Source: an uncultured Bacillales bacterium (GTDB lineage: Bacteria; Bacillota_I; Bacilli_A; RFN20; CAG-826). From it: a stretch of DNA of 50,822 nt. How positions within the stretch are numbered: position 1 is the first letter of the stretch; the number at the start of each line of letters is the position of its first letter. The DNA lies in the NCBI GenBank assembly GCA_946625285.1, contig CAMOSZ010000007.1, positions 1-50,822 on the forward strand. Reading direction: 5' to 3'. The notes below the pieces were generated by a model. It was not told the DNA's origin. It saw nothing but the letters and a program-made list of their open reading frames with translations, and made no database searches. The position numbers and the translations under genes were made by a program. Of this stretch, positions 34,031 through 43,850 are shown one piece after another.

Positions 34031-34059
34031 ATTATAAACAACATTCTTCCTTATAACAA
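34031..34059 (-). promoter_or_regulatory. promoter TTGTTA-N17-TATAAT for tRNA-Thr
   Basis: Minus-strand hexamers at 34059..34054 and 34036..34031 with a 17-nt spacer. The -10 ends 18 nt upstream of the mature tRNA 5' end. Confidence 0.65.
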
Positions 34060-34080
34060 GGGAAAATATTAGTTTTTTGT

Positions 34081-36516
34081 TTATGGTTTTAATCTATTAA
34101 CTAGATTATAAACAACTGTAGCCGCGACTTCTAATTCGTGGCGAGATAAATATCCACTATTAAGAGCAGCCTTAATATCCTTAATATCGGATTTTCCGCC
34201 TGGCATACAAATGTTATTACCATTCTTTATATCTCTAGAGGCGTACGCATTAGGATACTTATTGTTTTTACGATATGATTGTCCGCTCGTTACCCAATCA
34301 GTCATAACTAAACCTTTATAGTTCCATTCATCTCTAAGGATATCAATGATTAAACCACGATGTTCTGCGGAGTGAATTCCGTTAACTAAGTTATAGCTTG
34401 TCATAATTGATAATGGATTAGACCACTTAATTGCCTTTTCAAACGCTAATAAGTAGATTTCTCTCATTGCTTTTTCTGAGACTATGGAGTTGTTATTTAA
34501 ACGATTGGTCTCTTGGTTATTACATGCAAAGTGCTTAATTGTGGTCGCTTTTGTAGGATCTTCTTGAACTGATTTAATGATACAAGAAGCAGCAAACGCA
34601 GCAATAAGAGGATCTTCAGAATAGTATTCAAAATTTCTACCACATAAGATGTGTCTATGAATATTAATTCCTGGTGCGAGCCAAATATCCGCTCCATAGA
34701 GTTGCATCTCTTCTTTAACTAACCTACCACAACCACAAATAAATTCTTCGTTAAATGATTGAGCTAAGGCAGTAGCGATTGGGATCGCAGTAGCGATTTG
34801 CACTACCGTGCTTCCTTTCTTTTTGAGATTTCTTTCATAGCTCACAAAATAATCAATTGGTTTAGGGAGATAATTCTTTAATCCTTCCCAAATTGAATCT
34901 GTGGAAGTAATGAAAGCTCCATTTTTATTTAAGATATATTCTCTAGTAATTCTTAATCCAGCAGGGCCATCTACCATATTAAGAGCCTTATCTAAACTTT
35001 CTACTCTTAAGGTTGTTTCTCCTGCGCCACCTAAAAGTAAAGAACAAGATTGACCAATTAATCCTTGGAAGCCAAGTTTATAATCGCCTAACACCATATG
35101 GATTAATTCAAGATCAGTTAATCCTTTAATATATTCTGGAACATCAATATTGTATGTATTGTTATAAACAATGTTTTGAGTTTCAATCATTGAAGAGTCA
35201 ATTTCAATGACTGGTAATTTGCTACTAATTGAATTTTCTTTTCTAACAATAACTAAATCTTTAAAATCGGTTTTAGCAAAAACATTTTTAACTTTTTTGG
35301 TAACGATATCTTCTTTAACAGAAATAGCAAAAACATCCGTTAAATCTTTAGATGAATTTCCTAATTTAAATAGGTAATTGCCTTTTTCTAATAAGTAAGA
35401 TTCTTTTTCTTCGTCATATATTGGGAAATCTCTTAATGAGAGTTCTAAAGTAAGTTCTTCGCTTTCTTTAGCTCCTAAAAGTTTGCTCTTTTTAAAGGCG
35501 ACAAGTTCAAGAGCAGGACGAAAAATAGGCCCAGACATATATAGTTGAATAACTTCTTTTCCTGGAAGGCCATTAACATTAGTAACCTTAACCTTCACCT
35601 CTACTTTATCACCTTGGTTAGAAACACTGACAAATTGGTGTTTAAAAGTTGAATATGATAATCCAAAACCAAAGTTAAATAATGGAGAAATATTCAATGA
35701 AGAGAAATAACGATATCCAACATAAGTTCCTTCGTTATATCGACATTCATCTTGACTAAGTGGAGTAGAGATGTATGGGTAGTCTTTAATTAGCGCCCAT
35801 GTATCTGTTAACTTTCCACTTGGGTTACTTTTTCCTAAAACGATATCAGTAATGATATGTCCATTTAATGAACCAAGTTGAGATAATAGAAGAATATTTT
35901 TAACTTCCATTATTGGCTCTAAATCAACGATTCCAGGAACATTTAAAACAAGCATGAATTTCTCATAATTGTTATTGAGATATAAAATATCTCTTATTTC
36001 TGTATCGGTAAGATAGACACTACCTTTTTCCAAATAACGATCACTACCTTCTCCTGCAGTTCTACTTAATACATAAATAGCAACTTTATGATCTCCGATA
36101 ATTGGAAATTCATAATCTCTTTCAGGAGCGCTTTTACCCATTGAATAGCTAGCAGCGATAGTTCTATGTTCAGCAGCCTCTTTTTTAACTTTTTTAATGA
36201 AGTCTTTTTCGTTTTCTAAACGAACTTTATCGTAGCTATTAAGCCAATCTTTACTTGTAATTTCAAATCCAGCGTTTTCAAATGCTTCTTCAACATTTTC
36301 TGAGTAACGTGCATTAACCGCTCCGCTACCAGTTCCACCCATAACGGTGTATCTAACTCCATTACCAATCAAAACGATTTTGCATGGTTTTTCTAAAGGG
36401 AAAGAATCATCATCTCTTTTTAAAAAGAGAACACATTCATGAGCGTTATCTTTTAAATAGTTTAAATGCTCTAATTCATGAGGCAAATAATCGTAATTAG
36501 TCTTCATAGAGTTCAC
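34081..36516 (-). CDS. glycoside hydrolase family 3 (beta-glucosidase-like), domain-permuted
   Basis: The catalytic-barrel motifs DGPAGLRI, KHFACNNQETNR and GLVMTDWV (nucleophile Asp) lie in the C-terminal half. The sandwich-domain pattern (GGTGSGAV, EVIQLY) lies in the N-terminal half. Track start is a GTG; alternative ATG at 36507. Confidence 0.85.
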   Translation of the reverse strand: MNSMKTNYDYLPHELEHLNYLKDNAHECVLFLKRDDDSFPLEKPCKIVLIGNGVRYTVMGGTGSGAVNARYSENVEEAFENAGFEITSKDWLNSYDKVRLENEKDFIKKVKKEAAEHRTIAASYSMGKSAPERDYEFPIIGDHKVAIYVLSRTAGEGSDRYLEKGSVYLTDTEIRDILYLNNNYEKFMLVLNVPGIVDLEPIMEVKNILLLSQLGSLNGHIITDIVLGKSNPSGKLTDTWALIKDYPYISTPLSQDECRYNEGTYVGYRYFSSLNISPLFNFGFGLSYSTFKHQFVSVSNQGDKVEVKVKVTNVNGLPGKEVIQLYMSGPIFRPALELVAFKKSKLLGAKESEELTLELSLRDFPIYDEEKESYLLEKGNYLFKLGNSSKDLTDVFAISVKEDIVTKKVKNVFAKTDFKDLVIVRKENSISSKLPVIEIDSSMIETQNIVYNNTYNIDVPEYIKGLTDLELIHMVLGDYKLGFQGLIGQSCSLLLGGAGETTLRVESLDKALNMVDGPAGLRITREYILNKNGAFITSTDSIWEGLKNYLPKPIDYFVSYERNLKKKGSTVVQIATAIPIATALAQSFNEEFICGCGRLVKEEMQLYGADIWLAPGINIHRHILCGRNFEYYSEDPLIAAFAASCIIKSVQEDPTKATTIKHFACNNQETNRLNNNSIVSEKAMREIYLLAFEKAIKWSNPLSIMTSYNLVNGIHSAEHRGLIIDILRDEWNYKGLVMTDWVTSGQSYRKNNKYPNAYASRDIKNGNNICMPGGKSDIKDIKAALNSGYLSRHELEVAATVVYNLVNRLKP

Positions 36517-37795
36517 CCATCATATCGTATACAAATACACTATTAATTTTCAATTTTACTATATCACCACTTTGAAGTGGCTTAGGACTAGTAAAGAATA
36601 TTTTTCCATCAACATCATCAGGAGCGTTCCAATAGCTTCTTAAAAGATAGTTGCCGTGTTCATCTTGACCAATAACCATTCCTGACATAACTTCATCAAC
36701 ATGTTTCTTATTTAATGCATAAGAAATCTTTTGTTGAGCTTTCATCACTTTAGCGAGTCTCTTTTTCTTAACTTCTTCATCAATTTGATTAGGGAAGGAC
36801 GCTGCAGGAGTTCCTTCTTCTTGAGAATAAGTAAAGGCTCCTAAATGGTCGAACTTCACTTCTTTCATGAATTCGATAAGATTATCTACATCTTCCTCTG
36901 TTTCTCCTGGGAAGCCCACCATCACAGTGGTTCTTAAAACTGCGTTAGGAACTTTATTTCTAATTTTAGAAAATAGTTTGATAAGGAATTCCTTATCCCC
37001 TCTACGATACATATCTTTTAAGATATGTGTTTCACTATGTTGAATAGGGATATCAAAATAAGGAGTTAAGCGAGGTTCTTTACCAATTAACTCAATTAAT
37101 TCATCACTTATTTCATCAGGATATAAATATAGTAAACGAATATATTTAAATTCTTTAATCGCTAATAAACCATGTAAGAGGTCCACGATATTGACTTTTT
37201 TATCTTTAAAATCAATCCCGTATTTTGTGGTGTCTTGTTCTAAAACAATAATCTCTTTAATTCCCACTTCAGCGAGTTCTTTCGCTTCTTTAATTACTGA
37301 ATCGTAATCTCGAGAGACAAAATGTCCTCTAATAATAGGGATTGCACAATAACTGCATCGATTGTCACATCCTTCTCCAATTTTTAAATAAGCAGAATAT
37401 GGGCCAGTAGAGACAATACGATATTCATCATCCACTCCTAAAGATGGATCGATATCTTTATCAATAACAGATAACTTCTCATTAAAATGAGAATAATCTT
37501 TAATTGGGATATATAAATCAACTTCTGGAATTTCTTTTTTAAGGTCTTCTAAATATCTTTGAGCTAAACAACCAGTAACAACAACTTTCTTACCGTATTG
37601 AATCATCTCTAAGATATTTTCGATGCTCTCTTTTTTACTGGATTCAATAAATCCACAAGTATTGATAACAATAATATCTGAGTCTTTTGGATCATTAGTG
37701 ATTTCATAACCATTACGATCAAACAAACCTAAAATATTCTCGCTATCGACGCGATTCTTCATACAGCCTAAAGAGACAATGCCAACTTTTTTCAT
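36497..37795 (-). CDS. rimO: ribosomal protein S12 methylthiotransferase RimO (radical SAM)
   Basis: N-terminus VGIVSLGCMKNRVDSE, radical-SAM CDNRCSYCAIP, C-terminal TRAM-size domain, 432 aa. Confidence 0.85.
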   Translation of the reverse strand: MKKVGIVSLGCMKNRVDSENILGLFDRNGYEITNDPKDSDIIVINTCGFIESSKKESIENILEMIQYGKKVVVTGCLAQRYLEDLKKEIPEVDLYIPIKDYSHFNEKLSVIDKDIDPSLGVDDEYRIVSTGPYSAYLKIGEGCDNRCSYCAIPIIRGHFVSRDYDSVIKEAKELAEVGIKEIIVLEQDTTKYGIDFKDKKVNIVDLLHGLLAIKEFKYIRLLYLYPDEISDELIELIGKEPRLTPYFDIPIQHSETHILKDMYRRGDKEFLIKLFSKIRNKVPNAVLRTTVMVGFPGETEEDVDNLIEFMKEVKFDHLGAFTYSQEEGTPAASFPNQIDEEVKKKRLAKVMKAQQKISYALNKKHVDEVMSGMVIGQDEHGNYLLRSYWNAPDDVDGKIFFTSPKPLQSGDIVKLKINSVFVYDMMGELYED

Positions 37796-37800
37796 TAAAA

Positions 37801-40800
37801 TTACTCACTTCTTAAGGCGATAACTGGATCTTGTTTAGAAGCACTGAAGGATGGGATAAGCCCACTTAAGACACTTAAGAGGATAGAAATACCCACCATC
37901 ATGAGTGCGTAATACCAAGGTAAGGCACAAATATTACTAACACCTAAAGTAAAGACAATCGCATTAATAATGATTTGTAAAATATAGGTAACTCCGATTC
38001 CGATAGCGCCACTAGCAAAACCGGTAATCAAGTTTTCAGCAATAAATAATCTTGAGACATCTTTCTTTCGTCCACCAAGAGAACGGATAACACCAATTTC
38101 TTTAACTCTTTCCATAACAGAGATGTAGGTAATAACCGCAATCATGAAGCAAGAGACAACCAATGATAAAGAAGTAAATGCAATTAAAGCTGCACTTACA
38201 GTGGTAACTAAAGTAGAAATAGCCTCAATAATGATACTGATTGTATCACTATAAGTGATTTCACTTCTAATTTCAGGAGGTACTTCTCTTCCTTTAATAA
38301 CAAGAACGTCTTTAGAATTCCATCTATCTAAATAGCTAGTAACACTATTCTTAGTTTCAAAACTCTTTGGATAGATTTGGATTGATTGTGGAAGTTCTTC
38401 AATATCGTGAGAGATGATAATTTGATCTTCATCAGTGTGATCATTAATCTTTAATCCTGCTAAAGAACGAAGATGAATCTTATCATTCTTCAAATTATCT
38501 GAACCACTACTTAAGAAGGAAGCAAAGATAGAGGCTAACGCTGTAGAACGATTACCGTTAAGCGCTTGGGCGTAACCACGTTTTGTTTCAGGAACAAATC
38601 CTTCTTGGCCATTATCTTTTGAGTAATCATCATATTCAAATTGAACATAAGCGTTAAATTGAGATACTTTCCATCTTAAGTTTTCAATATGGTCTTTAAA
38701 TGATGCGGTAATTTGACTTGTACCAGATTGATCAATATATTCTCTAGCAAAGTCTTTAGTGAAATAGACACCTCTTTCCAGAGTGCCAAATCTAGTTGTG
38801 TCTTTTGCTCTTAAAATGCCAGACACCTTAACTTTATAACGATTATCGTTAAGTAAAGCGTTATCAGTCATAACAGCTTCGTAATAATAATCCGGAGTTT
38901 CTGGTTCTAATTCAGTAACTTTGCCGTTATTTAAAGTTGCATAATCACCAGATAATTTTCTCACGTTACAAGTAGCGACAAAGTCAGTTGTTCTAGTATC
39001 AACCTCAGTTGGGCTACCAGTAGCAAAAGTTAAAATAAAAATTTTGCCTAATGTTTCAGCGTGATCAATATAATCTTGAGGCGTAAGACTACCAACGCCT
39101 TTTCTAGATACATCAGCGATGAATTCTAAATCTTCTTGAGTGATTTCATCAGCGTTAATCATAAACCAGCTGCCTTCAATTTCACTCTTGCCATCTTGGA
39201 CAGTACGATTACCAATTCTTTGGCAGATGACATTATGCATTTTTGCATCAGTACCATTTACTTCAATTCCGTTACCTGTAAGGTTATCGCTTTCAGGAGC
39301 GTAATTTAAAGCAAGGTAATAATTACCACCACTAACAGTGGTTCCACTTAAACTAACTGTGATTTTCTTATGTGACACTAATGTTGGATTTTGTCTATAA
39401 ATCTCATCGTGAGGGAAACAATAGAATTCATGATTAAGAATTTCATCAAAATTAAATGTTGAGTTATATGGGTATTTTTGATCAAGTTGCTTGTATTCGT
39501 TTTCAAGTTTACGAATCTTTTCTTCATCAACTGGAGATTGTCTTTTGAGTTCTTCAATCTCTTTTTCGATTTCATTACCTCTCACTGCTTTCATTGCAAT
39601 GTTAATGAATTCATCTTGTGGGTAATAGCCCATCTGGGCTAACACTAAATCGGTTAATGTTGTTTTATCATCAACAACGAGTAAAAGTTCATTCTTATCT
39701 TTTGGAAATGTACCAGCGATACAATCATATTGAGATAAGAGATAATCATCTTCCGCTGGAAGTTGCTTCATAAAGCTAGTAAATAAATCAACGAATTGAG
39801 CATATGAGCTAAATCCCTTAACGGTCATTAAGGTTTTAATATATTGTTGAGTTAAACCATTCATTGAAATAACTTCGGCAGGTTCATCTTTCTTCTTATG
39901 GAAAGAAGTGAAGAAGTTATTTGTTGGATCAATTGAATAATTATAGTTAATCGCCGAATAATATGATTCTGGCATTTCAGAAACATAATCGACAAAGTCT
40001 TCGTTAATATCATTAGTCTTAACGTTAGTGAAATCAGTGTACTTATCTAGAAGATAAGCAATCATTGAATCCATTCCAACTTTTGTGGAAGTATCAAATT
40101 TTTCGAGTTCTTTACTATCTTGATTTCTAAGTCCGGTAAGTAAAGAAGTAACATCCACTGTTTCTTCAGCGACACCGATAGGATAGGCGCTTAGCATATC
40201 ATTTTCCATAGAATGGATATAATCGTTAACACCACAAGAGACACCTAAAATTGTCGAAACGCCGATAATGCCAATGCTTCCTGCAATTGCGACTAATAAT
40301 GTTCTTCTAAACTTTGACCATAAGTTAGAAATAGATAAAGCGGTCGCAGTAAAGAAAGACATTGAAGATTGTTTCTTGCCTTTATTTTCTACAACTTCTA
40401 CTACTTCTTGAGTGGAAATAGCCTCATCTTCTCCATTATATGGATTAGAGTCATCATATATTTCTCCGTCTTTCATCTTCACAATACGAGATGCGTATTT
40501 AGAAGCGAGTTCTGGGTTATGAGTAACCATGATAACAAGGTGGTTATTAGAAACTTCTTTAAGTAAATCCATGATTTGGAGAGAAGTTTCACTATCAAGA
40601 GCGCCAGTTGGTTCATCTGCTAAGACGATTTCTGGATTGTTGACTAAGGCTCTAGCAATCGCCACTCTTTGCATTTGACCACCAGACATTTGGTTTGGTT
40701 TTTTATAATATAAGTCTTTAAGTCCGACTTTATCTAAAGCCTCTTTAGCGAGTCTCGTTCTTTCTTCTTTTTTCAGTCCTGCAATCGTTAAAGCGAGTTC

Positions 40801-41115
40801 AACATTCTTTAGTACTGTTTGATGTGGGATTAAGTTATAAGATTGGAAAACAAAACCAATTGAGTGGTTTCTATATGTATCCCAATCACTATCGTTATAA
40901 TTCTTAGTGCTTATACCTTTGATGATTAAATCACCTTCATCATAGTGATCTAATCCACCAGTAATATTTAAAAGCGTGGTTTTACCACAGCCTGAATGTC
41001 CTAATATCGCAACAAATTCATGCGCTCTGAAGTTTAAAGAAATTCCTTTAAGAGCATGGACCGGTTCTTGATCTTTTAGAGCGTAATCTTTTTTGATGTT
41101 TCTAAGTTCTAACAT
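37801..41115 (-). CDS. fused ABC transporter ATPase plus FtsX/MacB-type permease with a very large extracytoplasmic domain
   Basis: GHSGCGKTTLL, MSGGQMQRVAIARAL, VLADEPTGALD. One TM near residue 270, then about 650 aa, then the C-terminal FtsX-like TM bundle. ATG 41115 (GGAGG 8 nt upstream) preferred over the TTG at 41121. Confidence 0.88.
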   Translation of the reverse strand: MLELRNIKKDYALKDQEPVHALKGISLNFRAHEFVAILGHSGCGKTTLLNITGGLDHYDEGDLIIKGISTKNYNDSDWDTYRNHSIGFVFQSYNLIPHQTVLKNVELALTIAGLKKEERTRLAKEALDKVGLKDLYYKKPNQMSGGQMQRVAIARALVNNPEIVLADEPTGALDSETSLQIMDLLKEVSNNHLVIMVTHNPELASKYASRIVKMKDGEIYDDSNPYNGEDEAISTQEVVEVVENKGKKQSSMSFFTATALSISNLWSKFRRTLLVAIAGSIGIIGVSTILGVSCGVNDYIHSMENDMLSAYPIGVAEETVDVTSLLTGLRNQDSKELEKFDTSTKVGMDSMIAYLLDKYTDFTNVKTNDINEDFVDYVSEMPESYYSAINYNYSIDPTNNFFTSFHKKKDEPAEVISMNGLTQQYIKTLMTVKGFSSYAQFVDLFTSFMKQLPAEDDYLLSQYDCIAGTFPKDKNELLLVVDDKTTLTDLVLAQMGYYPQDEFINIAMKAVRGNEIEKEIEELKRQSPVDEEKIRKLENEYKQLDQKYPYNSTFNFDEILNHEFYCFPHDEIYRQNPTLVSHKKITVSLSGTTVSGGNYYLALNYAPESDNLTGNGIEVNGTDAKMHNVICQRIGNRTVQDGKSEIEGSWFMINADEITQEDLEFIADVSRKGVGSLTPQDYIDHAETLGKIFILTFATGSPTEVDTRTTDFVATCNVRKLSGDYATLNNGKVTELEPETPDYYYEAVMTDNALLNDNRYKVKVSGILRAKDTTRFGTLERGVYFTKDFAREYIDQSGTSQITASFKDHIENLRWKVSQFNAYVQFEYDDYSKDNGQEGFVPETKRGYAQALNGNRSTALASIFASFLSSGSDNLKNDKIHLRSLAGLKINDHTDEDQIIISHDIEELPQSIQIYPKSFETKNSVTSYLDRWNSKDVLVIKGREVPPEIRSEITYSDTISIIIEAISTLVTTVSAALIAFTSLSLVVSCFMIAVITYISVMERVKEIGVIRSLGGRKKDVSRLFIAENLITGFASGAIGIGVTYILQIIINAIVFTLGVSNICALPWYYALMMVGISILLSVLSGLIPSFSASKQDPVIALRSE

Positions 41116-41194
41116 TTTCAAGACCTCCTTTGTCGAATATGTAAATATGTTATCTTTTTACATAAAAAATGTAAATTGAAATACATTTTTATCA

Positions 41195-41228
41195 CAAAAA
41201 GAAAAAAGCAAGACAATAAATCTTGCTT
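41195..41228 (-). terminator. rho-independent terminator
   Basis: Minus strand: AAGCAAGA-UUUAUUG-UCUUGCUU followed by UUUUUCUUUUU. Confidence 0.75.
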
Positions 41229-41245
41229 GATACTATTTGATTTTT

Positions 41246-41707
41246 TTATTTGCTTTTAATCATTTCAATGTTTTGTAAAATCTCTTCTTTGGTCTTAAAT
41301 TTTGCTTCAATAACACGACGGTTAAAAGCGAAATAGATATAAGTATAAATGACATCAACAAACAAAAAGAGGAAGGCTGGTAAAAGGAAGGCAATCGCGT
41401 TACTAGTTAAGTCAAAGTTTTCTTTTTGTTCCGCAAATAAAATAACAAAGACTGATAGAAGAACAAAGGCAAACACTACAAGAAGAATAATAGGGACAAA
41501 TGTTGGTCCTCGACGATATAACTTTTTAGAGTATTCTTTAAGTTCTAAATAGTGAGGTGCATTTTCATCTATTTCATAGACTACGTGAGCGTTAATCCCT
41601 TTTTCAATGCAGCTAATCTCTTTATATCCAAGAGCCTCGTAGATTTCTTTTCTTTCACGATATTGAGGAATTGTTAGTTTAATCTTTTTGCGAATCATTA
41701 TTATCAT
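41246..41707 (-). CDS. small membrane protein, unknown function
   Basis: 153 aa with two hydrophobic segments (PIILLVVFAFVLLSVFVILF; AFLLPAFLFLFVDVIYTYIYFAF). Overlaps the acyltransferase gene end. Confidence 0.65.
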   Translation of the reverse strand: MIIMIRKKIKLTIPQYRERKEIYEALGYKEISCIEKGINAHVVYEIDENAPHYLELKEYSKKLYRRGPTFVPIILLVVFAFVLLSVFVILFAEQKENFDLTSNAIAFLLPAFLFLFVDVIYTYIYFAFNRRVIEAKFKTKEEILQNIEMIKSK

Positions 41708-42503
41708 CCTCGACTTTCACATATTTGATGTATTCATATTGAGGAACACTATTAGCGAATTCTTGCATCGCTCTAAGAGTTTCATCATGTAGATAAGTTT
41801 TATTTTCAGTAGCGGTCTTTCCTTCAAGAGGGAAGATAGGCTCAAGAATATAGACTGTTTGTCTAGGAATTTTACCAATTAATGGTTTTCTCCAAGTAGT
41901 GACAACTGGGACTACTGGAGCATTACACTTTGCAGGGTAATTAAATGATCCATCTCTAAATGGTCTAATCTTTGTGTAATATGGCCAAATATGAGCTTCT
42001 GGATAGATGAGAATATGCTGTTTCTTTTTGATATAAAATTCCATCGCATCCATTAAAGCAATTGCGTTTTTAAGATCTCCTTTTAAAGGAAGGGGGAGAT
42101 AGCCTAACGCTCTAGTAAGATTTCTCACTATCGGCATGCTTAATGAATCACTATATCCAAGGATATTAATTCTTCTAGCAAAGAAGAACACTAATGTTTG
42201 GAATTTAAATACATCACTAATAGAGACATGGTTAGAATAAAAGAAAGCTCCTTGACCTTTAATAGCTTTTAAATTCTTTCTATTTTTGATACGTATTCCG
42301 TGGAATATACAGAAAAGCGCAAATATTGGTTTAGCAATTCCATGATAGAAAATACCTGAGATGATGTTATTAAAGAAATTGGTTCTTTTATATTTATATC
42401 CTTCTGGTACAGGAGGACGAGATAAACCAACTTCATTAAAATCATCACGAAGTTCGTCTTTATAGTAAGCAATTTTTGTCTTTTTAACTTCTCTGAAGTT
42501 CAT
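41679..42503 (-). CDS. lysophospholipid (1-acyl-sn-glycerol-3-phosphate-type) acyltransferase
   Basis: HX4D motif NHVSISD, later IYPEAH; about 270 aa. Confidence 0.75.
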   Translation of the reverse strand: MNFREVKKTKIAYYKDELRDDFNEVGLSRPPVPEGYKYKRTNFFNNIISGIFYHGIAKPIFALFCIFHGIRIKNRKNLKAIKGQGAFFYSNHVSISDVFKFQTLVFFFARRINILGYSDSLSMPIVRNLTRALGYLPLPLKGDLKNAIALMDAMEFYIKKKQHILIYPEAHIWPYYTKIRPFRDGSFNYPAKCNAPVVPVVTTWRKPLIGKIPRQTVYILEPIFPLEGKTATENKTYLHDETLRAMQEFANSVPQYEYIKYVKVEDDNNDSQKD

Positions 42504-42505
42504 AG

Positions 42506-43813
42506 TTATTTCTTAAGCAAGTCCTTATTTGTGATTTGTCCAGTGTGTTTAATTCTTGTCCAAGTTGTTCTCTTTTTTGGATGGAACGCTCCATCAAAGA
42601 AAGAGAGAACAAATTCGTAGAAGAAGAACATATAAGTAAGAACACCAATAATCTTGTTTTTGGTTGTTAAATTAATTCTGTCGTTAGCGCGAAGTATGGT
42701 AATAAATGCTGGCAAAGCAAAGCTGACATAAATAAGTAAGAATTGGAATGCAGCAATACCAAATAAGAAACCATAATGTTCTGGTCCGACATAGAAAGTT
42801 GCGATAGATCCAAAGACTAAATTAATGATTGCAGAAATACCCATAACACAGTTAAAGATAACAAATGGGATAAGTCCAACATTGAATTCAAATCTCATGA
42901 AGGATTGCATTTGTGAAGAATGGTAGTCATGTTGCACTCCCACTCCTTTTAAGAAATCTCTTCTTTGGAAATATCCATATAACCATCTTACGTGTTGAGC
43001 GTGGACAGTCTTAAATTCTGGAGATTGTTCGTCGTAGAAACACACAAGTGGGTAATAACGCATATAAATGTCATGATAATAGCAATATGTGGTGAGTTGG
43101 ATATCTTCAGTCATACCAGTGAAAATCCATCCACCAGCATCTCTAATAATATCATCATCAACAAAGTAACCTGTTCCCATTAATGTTGCTTTGTGGAAAA
43201 GGAATGTTCTTCCTTTGGAAGTAACATCATTCATATAGGCAAACATGACACTTGATCCAACTGTTAACCAGTTAGTGTTCGCGTTAGTGAAGTTTCTAAA
43301 TCCTAAGCCAACTTTAACACCTGTTTGTCTAAGGTCGTTCATGATTTCTAAATATGTAGGCGCTAAGATGTTATCCGCGTCAAAAATCATATAGGAATCA
43401 TATTGAATGTTATTTCTCCAGAAATAATCAATACACTCTTGGATAGCGAAGCCTTTTGTTCTTCTTCCATCCATTAAGCGATCTCTCACGAAATATTTGA
43501 AACCATATTTTTGAACGATTTCAACTGTTGGATCATTTTCTTTTTCAACGATTGCATAAACTTCAAAACTATCGCGTGGATATGTTTGGTTTTTTAAACT
43601 CTCTAAAATATGATCAATAACTTTGCTTTCGTTTCTTGCTGCAATTAAAACTGCAAATTTTGTTAATTTATCACTATGAGGAACTGGTTCAACCTTTTTA
43701 GCGGAAACGCTCCAGAAGCATAAGTAATAAATAGATAGGCATAAAACAAAAACAATCATTACCGCAGTAAGTGCTGTCATTATTAGTGTGATTAAATCAT
43801 AGTTAATATTCAT
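42506..43813 (-). CDS. membrane-integrated processive family-2 glycosyltransferase
   Basis: FDADN (DxD), TEDIQLT (TED), QHVRW (QxxRW); N- and C-terminal TM segments. Confidence 0.8.
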   Translation of the reverse strand: MNINYDLITLIMTALTAVMIVFVLCLSIYYLCFWSVSAKKVEPVPHSDKLTKFAVLIAARNESKVIDHILESLKNQTYPRDSFEVYAIVEKENDPTVEIVQKYGFKYFVRDRLMDGRRTKGFAIQECIDYFWRNNIQYDSYMIFDADNILAPTYLEIMNDLRQTGVKVGLGFRNFTNANTNWLTVGSSVMFAYMNDVTSKGRTFLFHKATLMGTGYFVDDDIIRDAGGWIFTGMTEDIQLTTYCYYHDIYMRYYPLVCFYDEQSPEFKTVHAQHVRWLYGYFQRRDFLKGVGVQHDYHSSQMQSFMRFEFNVGLIPFVIFNCVMGISAIINLVFGSIATFYVGPEHYGFLFGIAAFQFLLIYVSFALPAFITILRANDRINLTTKNKIIGVLTYMFFFYEFVLSFFDGAFHPKKRTTWTRIKHTGQITNKDLLKK

Positions 43814-43850
43814 ATATTAAATAGTATACCAAATTGAATTTTTAATTCAA

